DNA of 64,000 nt from Octopus sinensis (Eukaryota). The position numbers were made by a program, and so were the translations under genes. Under the pieces are notes generated by a model. It saw only the letters and a list, made by a program, of their open reading frames with translations, ran no database searches and was not told the DNA's origin. Each line of letters begins with the position of its first letter. Positions within the stretch are counted from its first letter, which is position 1. The DNA lies in NCBI RefSeq assembly GCF_006345805.1, contig NC_042999.1:128650001-128714000 (forward strand), in the 5' to 3' direction. Shown here piece by piece: positions 62,270 through 64,000 of this stretch.

Positions 62270-64000
62270 GTAAGTATATTTTAATGCTTGTTCTATCATT
62301 TTACTTTGAATTTTTTCTAAGTTTGTCAACAGCAAGAGAGCCACCAGTTCTACTTTCTGTGTTTATGCTAAATTAATTCATCTCCTATTTATGGAACTAT
62401 TTATACCTACCAGGAAAGCTTTTACTGGAAACTGCTGAATAAAACATTGGTTCCTATTACTAATAGACCAACAAAATAAGTACTGAGGTTGATTTGTTTC
62501 ACTAAAACCCCTTCAAAGTGGTATCCCAACAGCATTGCTGCAATCCAATGACTGTAACAAGTAAAAAAAAGATACTGTTGCAATAACTTGTATCGTTGTT
62601 CTTCATGTGCAAGAGTTACATGATACCAAGATTAATTCTGTATGATTTTGTCTCAGCCTTATGCCAGATTAGTACTAGCATTTTGGTGCTGCCATGTTTT
62701 CATTTGTGTGTGTGTGTGTCAGTATTCCTATTCATATGTCTGTCCTAGTGTAAATTGAATCTGCTTGGAAATTGTATGCTTTCTCTTATCACTAGTCTTC
62801 TCTGAGACTCTGTAGCTTATCAGGCCAATGAGTCTTCTCCATCTGACAATCACCTAATTATATCACTATCATCATCAACATCTGTTTTTTCATGCTTGCA
62901 TTGACTGAATGGATCTGTTCCAGTGCAGCACCTTACCATATGTGGTGGTCCTTCTTTATTCTAATACAAAACCACCAGTCTCTGTTATGTGCGACATGAG
63001 GGAAATGTGTCTTTATGCATTGATGTCTTTCTATTGCCAACTATTTTACAGCATGGACTATATTTTTTGTGCCACCAACATTAATGAGATTGTTGTAGCA
63101 TAACTAAAGAGTAATCTTTACTATGTATCAGTTTTTATTTAGCGCTACTACCTCCTAAGCAGATAGCCTTTGCTGTGGCTTGCAGACTTCATCCACACTG
63201 CTTTCATTTTATCCTTTTGTGGCATGATTTTTACAATTGAAGGCATCCTATGCTATCAGCACTAGAGTGATTGTCTGCCAGAACTTTCTACTCTGTATGT
63301 TTTTGATTTTTTTGATATTTATTTAGATTTACTGCCATCTTTGATGAGTCTTCTTTGTTGCAGTCTGTGACATCTCCTGATTATAGTGGAACCTTTCTCA
63401 TTTAATGTAGGGCTTGTTCACAGTTTATATATTTGTATATAGATGTGTTTATATGTATACATTTAACATCATCATCATTTTACATCTGTTATCCATGCTG
63501 CTATAAGCTAGGCAGGTCATTGCTGCTGTCTTTAATGAGTCAGATTACATCTCCCTTCTAAGTTTAATTTATGACTTAGTTTCTCTGACTGGATGTCCTG
63601 CTTAACTCCAGCCACTTCACAGAATGTAATGAATGCAGTTTTTCATGGCATCAGTACCACAAACAAGACTAAATGGTTCTCTTAACTCTCTCCACAATTT
63701 ACACAATGTACCGGATACCTTTTTATCATGGCTCCAACATGAGAGAGTGGTGGATAGCAAAAGGTAGCTAAATAGTAAGATTGAAGAGTAGTAGTGGATG
63801 TATATATCAATCTATCTATCATATATATATAAATGAGAGAAAGAAAATGTAATTCATGAGACATTTTGATCTATCATGCACTGGTACCTCACAGGTGAGA
63901 TGCTGTATAAACAATTTTGGTGCATTGTAGATGACTTGTCAAGTGGTAGCTTGTTTTTTTTATTTGCCATTTCACTTATATATATATGTGTATATATATA

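Overview
Eukaryotic (metazoan) genomic DNA, AT-rich and very dense in microsatellites and interspersed repeats. The repeat families look like those of an octopod cephalopod (inference, not verified). Two protein-coding genes lie head to head. MCM2 is complete on the minus strand: 19 coding exons, 20490-53604, 2658 nt CDS or 885 aa, all introns GT-AG with consistent phases. COQ2 (4-hydroxybenzoate polyprenyltransferase) has its first four coding exons on the plus strand, 59040-62269, and continues beyond the window. There is one intact tRNA-Arg(ACG) at 18281-18353 (minus). The rest is transposon debris: R4/Dong and Tx1-like LINE fragments, an RTE copy with an apparent 5' inversion, an internally deleted Gypsy LTR element, a Tigger/pogo transposon, a Merlin (IS1595-like) transposase fragment, mariner and piggyBac-type MITEs, non-autonomous Helitrons, Penelope-like fragments and several SINE families. 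The most notable observations: (1) several hammerhead-ribozyme-like motifs from different repeat families, including an inverted pair in MCM2 intron 10; (2) a recent ~1.95 kb Merlin-like foldback element with ~620-640 bp composite TIRs and an 8 bp TSD; (3) a 92 nt near-perfect palindrome at the 3' end of a Penelope-like endonuclease fragment; (4) a probable E2F-site-containing bidirectional MCM2/COQ2 promoter. No rRNA or CRISPR was seen. All calls were made by eye, with no database searches.
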